In this document: positions 60,977 to 64,000 of the stretch, in pieces
Layout: each line of letters begins with the position of its first letter
Position numbering within the stretch: position 1 is the first letter of the stretch
Source of the DNA: Basidiobolus meristosporus CBS 931.73
Lineage: Eukaryota > Fungi > Basidiobolomycota
Assembly (NCBI GenBank): GCA_002104905.1
Contig: MCFE01000271.1
Span: 1 to 64,000, forward strand
Direction: 5' to 3'
Length of the DNA: 64,000 bases
Position numbers and translations under genes: made by a program
The notes under the pieces: generated by a model
What the model was told of the DNA's origin: nothing
Database searches by the model: none
Seen by the model: the letters and a program-made list of their open reading frames with translations, nothing else

Positions 60977-63670
60977 TCAATGGGTGGTCTTCTCGCTGGT
61001 GTTGCCATTCTGAAGAAGGTTGATGGCATGGATGGCACGGACAGCGGTGCGCACTTTCTCAATGTTCGAGGTGACTCGAGTATTCAGCTCCTTCTCAATC
61101 TTTCGTGCCGATAGCTTTCTGCGACGAGTGGGTGTGGGCCAGAGCTTGGCGGTAAGCTCAAATGACCAAATGCGGAACATGAACACCTTGACAAAGTCGA
61201 GCACAACAAAGTACCCAAGTGAGATGGCAATCACACTGCATCCCCATCCCCAGCCAATTGCTGTAGTGAGCCCGGGAACGCCAAACACCGAGATCAGCAT
61301 GGCAAACACCTGAGTGCCGAGAATAGCAATCGTGAACGTCCAGGACGGGAGGTTCTCCCAGAAGAAGCCGCTCAAACGAGTCGAGAAGATCACGAAATGA
61401 GGACATGACGAGATGTGTAGGTACATGATGGTACCAAGCTCGTCATTCGTCACGTTAAACACGTCCCGAGCAATGAAGAAGTGGGCAAACGAGGCCCCAG
61501 TAAGGAATACCGCCAACGTGAACGACATGGTGATCAGCTGTCCGATGCGCCACTTGTCCGGCTTGGCTGAGATTTGCGCGTTGTCCACGGAGATGACCAA
61601 GGTGGCGGCATCATTCAAGACCGCAATGAAGATCAGCAGGATGGCGTCGAGCTGCCATTGGAAGATGATGGTCACAAAGAAGAAGAACAACAGGAAGTGG
61701 ATGGTGGAGGTGATACGGTACAATGCGTATGATCTCATTCGCTGGAAGATCGCTCTGGACGTGGTGATCCCGTCGACAATGGTGGAAAGACCGGGAGCGA
61801 GGAGTACAATGTCCGATGCTGAGCGTGCCGCGTCAGTGCACCCGTGGACTGCAATCCCTACGTTTGCCTTCTTCAGTGCTGGTGCATCGTTCACTCCATC
61901 CCCGGTCATTCCGACAAGCAACCCTTGCTCCTGAAGCAACTCGACCACCCTGTACTTGTGCTCCGGAACAACCTGGGCAAACCCGTCCGCCTTCACACAT
62001 CGGCGAACAATCTCTTCCTCGGGGACATCCGCCTCCACGAGCTTCTGCGCCTCGAGAATCGCCCTTTGCATTCCCAAACGCTGCGCCACCTCCTTCGCGA
62101 TGATCAGCTGGTCGCCCGTGATCATCTTCACCGAAACCCCCATCTCGTGGCACCGAGCGATGGTCGCGGCGGAGTCTGGTCGAGGTGGGTCCAACAGTGA
62201 GATCATTCCAATCAGCTCCCACTGCTCGATGTCTCCATTGATCGTCCGTGCCACGCCCAGCGCACGCAGTCCACGTCGTGCCAGACTGTTGACAGCATGG
62301 ATGGCATCATCGTTCCCACCAACTAGCTTGATGATCACCTGCGGCGCCCCCTTGGCTACCTTGAACACCTCCCCTGTCTCCTCGTTCAGGATTGTTGCTT
62401 GGGTAAGTTTGGTGACCGGGTTGAACGGCAGGAACGAGGTGGTCTTGAACCCGGGAATCTTGGTTTCCTTCTCCCCAAGACTCTGCAGCGTGTCAAGTTG
62501 TGCTCTAGCGGCTGTACGGACTGCGTACTCGATCGGGTCGTTGGCCCCTTGCTCGGCCGCCATGTACGAGTACATCAGGATATCATCGCTGGTGTAGCCC
62601 TTGCACAGCCATGGCTCATCGAACGTGAGCTCATTCAGGGTGAGTGTGCCGGTCTTGTCGGAACAAAGCACTGACACGGATGCCATCTCCTCCACCGCAG
62701 TCAACCGCTTGACGATCACCTCCTTCTTCGCGAGCTGTTTGGCGCCCACTGCCATCGTCACCGACATCACTGTTGGAAGTCCGACCGGAATGGCCGCCAC
62801 CGTGAGTACCAGTACTTGGCGCAGAATATCGAGAACGTTGTGTCCCTTGTCCTTCACCATGAGAACGATGAAGATGATCACCACAAGGAGAATCGTCACC
62901 AACACCAGGAAGTTACCAATACGGTTGATGATCTTCTGGAAGTGCCCTTGCTCGTTGGTGTTCGACATCAGTGTGGCTGCCCGGCCGATGAAGGTATGCT
63001 CGCCCGTCTTCGTGACAACCCCCATCTGCTGTCCCTGCTTGACGATGGAGGATGAGTATGCCGTGGCTCCCTTCCCCTTGCTCACCGGAAGCGATTCTCC
63101 TGTCAACGCTGACTGGTCGATCTGGAGATTTCCCTCCACCGGCTCGCCGTGAACCCCGATCCCGAGAAGACGGCAATCCGCTGGGACGATATCCCCGAGT
63201 CGAAGGACAATCACATCCCCAGGAACCAGGTCAACAACATCAATCTCATTCAGCTCCCCGTCTCTCCAAACTCGCGTCTTCAGCGCAAGCGTGTTCTTCA
63301 GCGCGTCCAGTGCATTCTCCGCCTTCGACTCCTCGATGAATCCGATCGCCGCATTGATGAACAACAAGGCTCCGATGATTCCGAAGTTGGCCCAATCCTG
63401 GACAACCCCCGAGAGGATCCATGCGATCTCAATCAAGTACGCGATTGCTCCAGTGAAGTACCCAAGGAACTTCAGGAACGGGTTTTTCTTCTTCTCCGAC
63501 AATTCGTTCCGCCCAAACTGCTCCAAGCGCTGAGCAACTTCAGCGGAGGTGAGACCCTTGGCCGGATCGGTGTGGAGCAGGGCTTCAAGCTCAGGAGGGA
63601 TCTCTTCTGCCATCTCCTGATGCTTGTGGTCTTCAAGCTCGACTTTGTTCTTTTCTTCTTCTACCGGCAT
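60977..63670 (-). CDS. PMA1: Plasma-membrane H+-ATPase (P-type IIIA), intronless
   Basis: 897-aa ORF with GDIVPAD, DQSALTGES, IPVGLP, phosphorylation site CSDKTGTLT, KGAPQVI, DPPRPDS, MITGD, TGDGVNDAPALKKA and FQRMRSYALYRI. Confidence 0.97.
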   Translation of the reverse strand: MPVEEEKNKVELEDHKHQEMAEEIPPELEALLHTDPAKGLTSAEVAQRLEQFGRNELSEKKKNPFLKFLGYFTGAIAYLIEIAWILSGVVQDWANFGIIGALLFINAAIGFIEESKAENALDALKNTLALKTRVWRDGELNEIDVVDLVPGDVIVLRLGDIVPADCRLLGIGVHGEPVEGNLQIDQSALTGESLPVSKGKGATAYSSSIVKQGQQMGVVTKTGEHTFIGRAATLMSNTNEQGHFQKIINRIGNFLVLVTILLVVIIFIVLMVKDKGHNVLDILRQVLVLTVAAIPVGLPTVMSVTMAVGAKQLAKKEVIVKRLTAVEEMASVSVLCSDKTGTLTLNELTFDEPWLCKGYTSDDILMYSYMAAEQGANDPIEYAVRTAARAQLDTLQSLGEKETKIPGFKTTSFLPFNPVTKLTQATILNEETGEVFKVAKGAPQVIIKLVGGNDDAIHAVNSLARRGLRALGVARTINGDIEQWELIGMISLLDPPRPDSAATIARCHEMGVSVKMITGDQLIIAKEVAQRLGMQRAILEAQKLVEADVPEEEIVRRCVKADGFAQVVPEHKYRVVELLQEQGLLVGMTGDGVNDAPALKKANVGIAVHGCTDAARSASDIVLLAPGLSTIVDGITTSRAIFQRMRSYALYRITSTIHFLLFFFFVTIIFQWQLDAILLIFIAVLNDAATLVISVDNAQISAKPDKWRIGQLITMSFTLAVFLTGASFAHFFIARDVFNVTNDELGTIMYLHISSCPHFVIFSTRLSGFFWENLPSWTFTIAILGTQVFAMLISVFGVPGLTTAIGWGWGCSVIAISLGYFVVLDFVKVFMFRIWSFELTAKLWPTPTRRRKLSARKIEKELNTRVTSNIEKVRTAVRAIHAINLLQNGNTSEKTTH

Positions 63671-64000
63671 ATTACAAGCTTTCCAAGTCTCCTAGACTAA
63701 TGAATCTTTTGGATGTCCCGGATAGTGGTAGATTGTAGAGTAACGAAAATGTGAATATTCAGAAACTTGGGATTGTATTATTCAGGTAGCTCCCTACGCC
63801 CTTTATATTGCCTTGAAGATGGTCACTCCACCCTATGAATGTGACGACTGATACATGATATGCTCAAAATTTATGAACTGATATAATTCAATGAATTACA
63901 ATCAGTCTTTTTAACTTCACCTAATTTAGCTACTTCTCGCTATTGCTCGTTATGAATATCTCTCGATTTGACTTTTACCGGATATGCTACCAACATATTG

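Noticed and set aside
61020-63700. Many long overlapping ORFs antisense to or out of frame with PMA1 (up to 213 aa)
   Set aside because: Expected shadow ORFs of a GC3-rich coding sequence; no independent motifs.

Overview
Eukaryotic genomic DNA, most likely from an early-diverging fungus (Zoopagomycota/Mucoromycota-like). This is inferred from short GT-AG introns and the gene families present. There are three compartments. (1) 1-10.9 kb: a CpG-depleted nest of decayed transposons. It holds a protease-only Ty3-type element, a chromovirus, two related Ty1/Copia copies with three ~350-bp LTRs, and a PIF1/Helitron-type helicase remnant. Embedded in it is a ~320-bp fragment of a divergent, possibly viral, RNA polymerase second-largest-subunit gene. 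(2) 11-55 kb: ordinary genes. These are a Zn2Cys6 factor, a WC-2-like PAS protein, a secreted tyrosinase-like protein, AUR1, NAR1, an Arc1/EMAPII-like tRNA-binding protein, an acid sphingomyelinase-like enzyme, an ankyrin-repeat asparaginase, PRM1, a C2H2 factor, an M20 peptidase and a Pcl-type cyclin. (3) 55-60.3 kb: a decayed Ty3/Gypsy element whose RT is split by a solo LTR with a CCGG target-site duplication, followed by an intronless P-type H+-ATPase gene (PMA1). No rRNA, tRNA or CRISPR array was recognised. All homology calls are from motif recognition by eye, and no searches were run. Best leads: the RNA polymerase fragment, the WC-2-like gene apparently lacking its GATA finger, the apparently mitochondrial stand-alone tRNA-binding protein, and the CpG decay confined to repeats.
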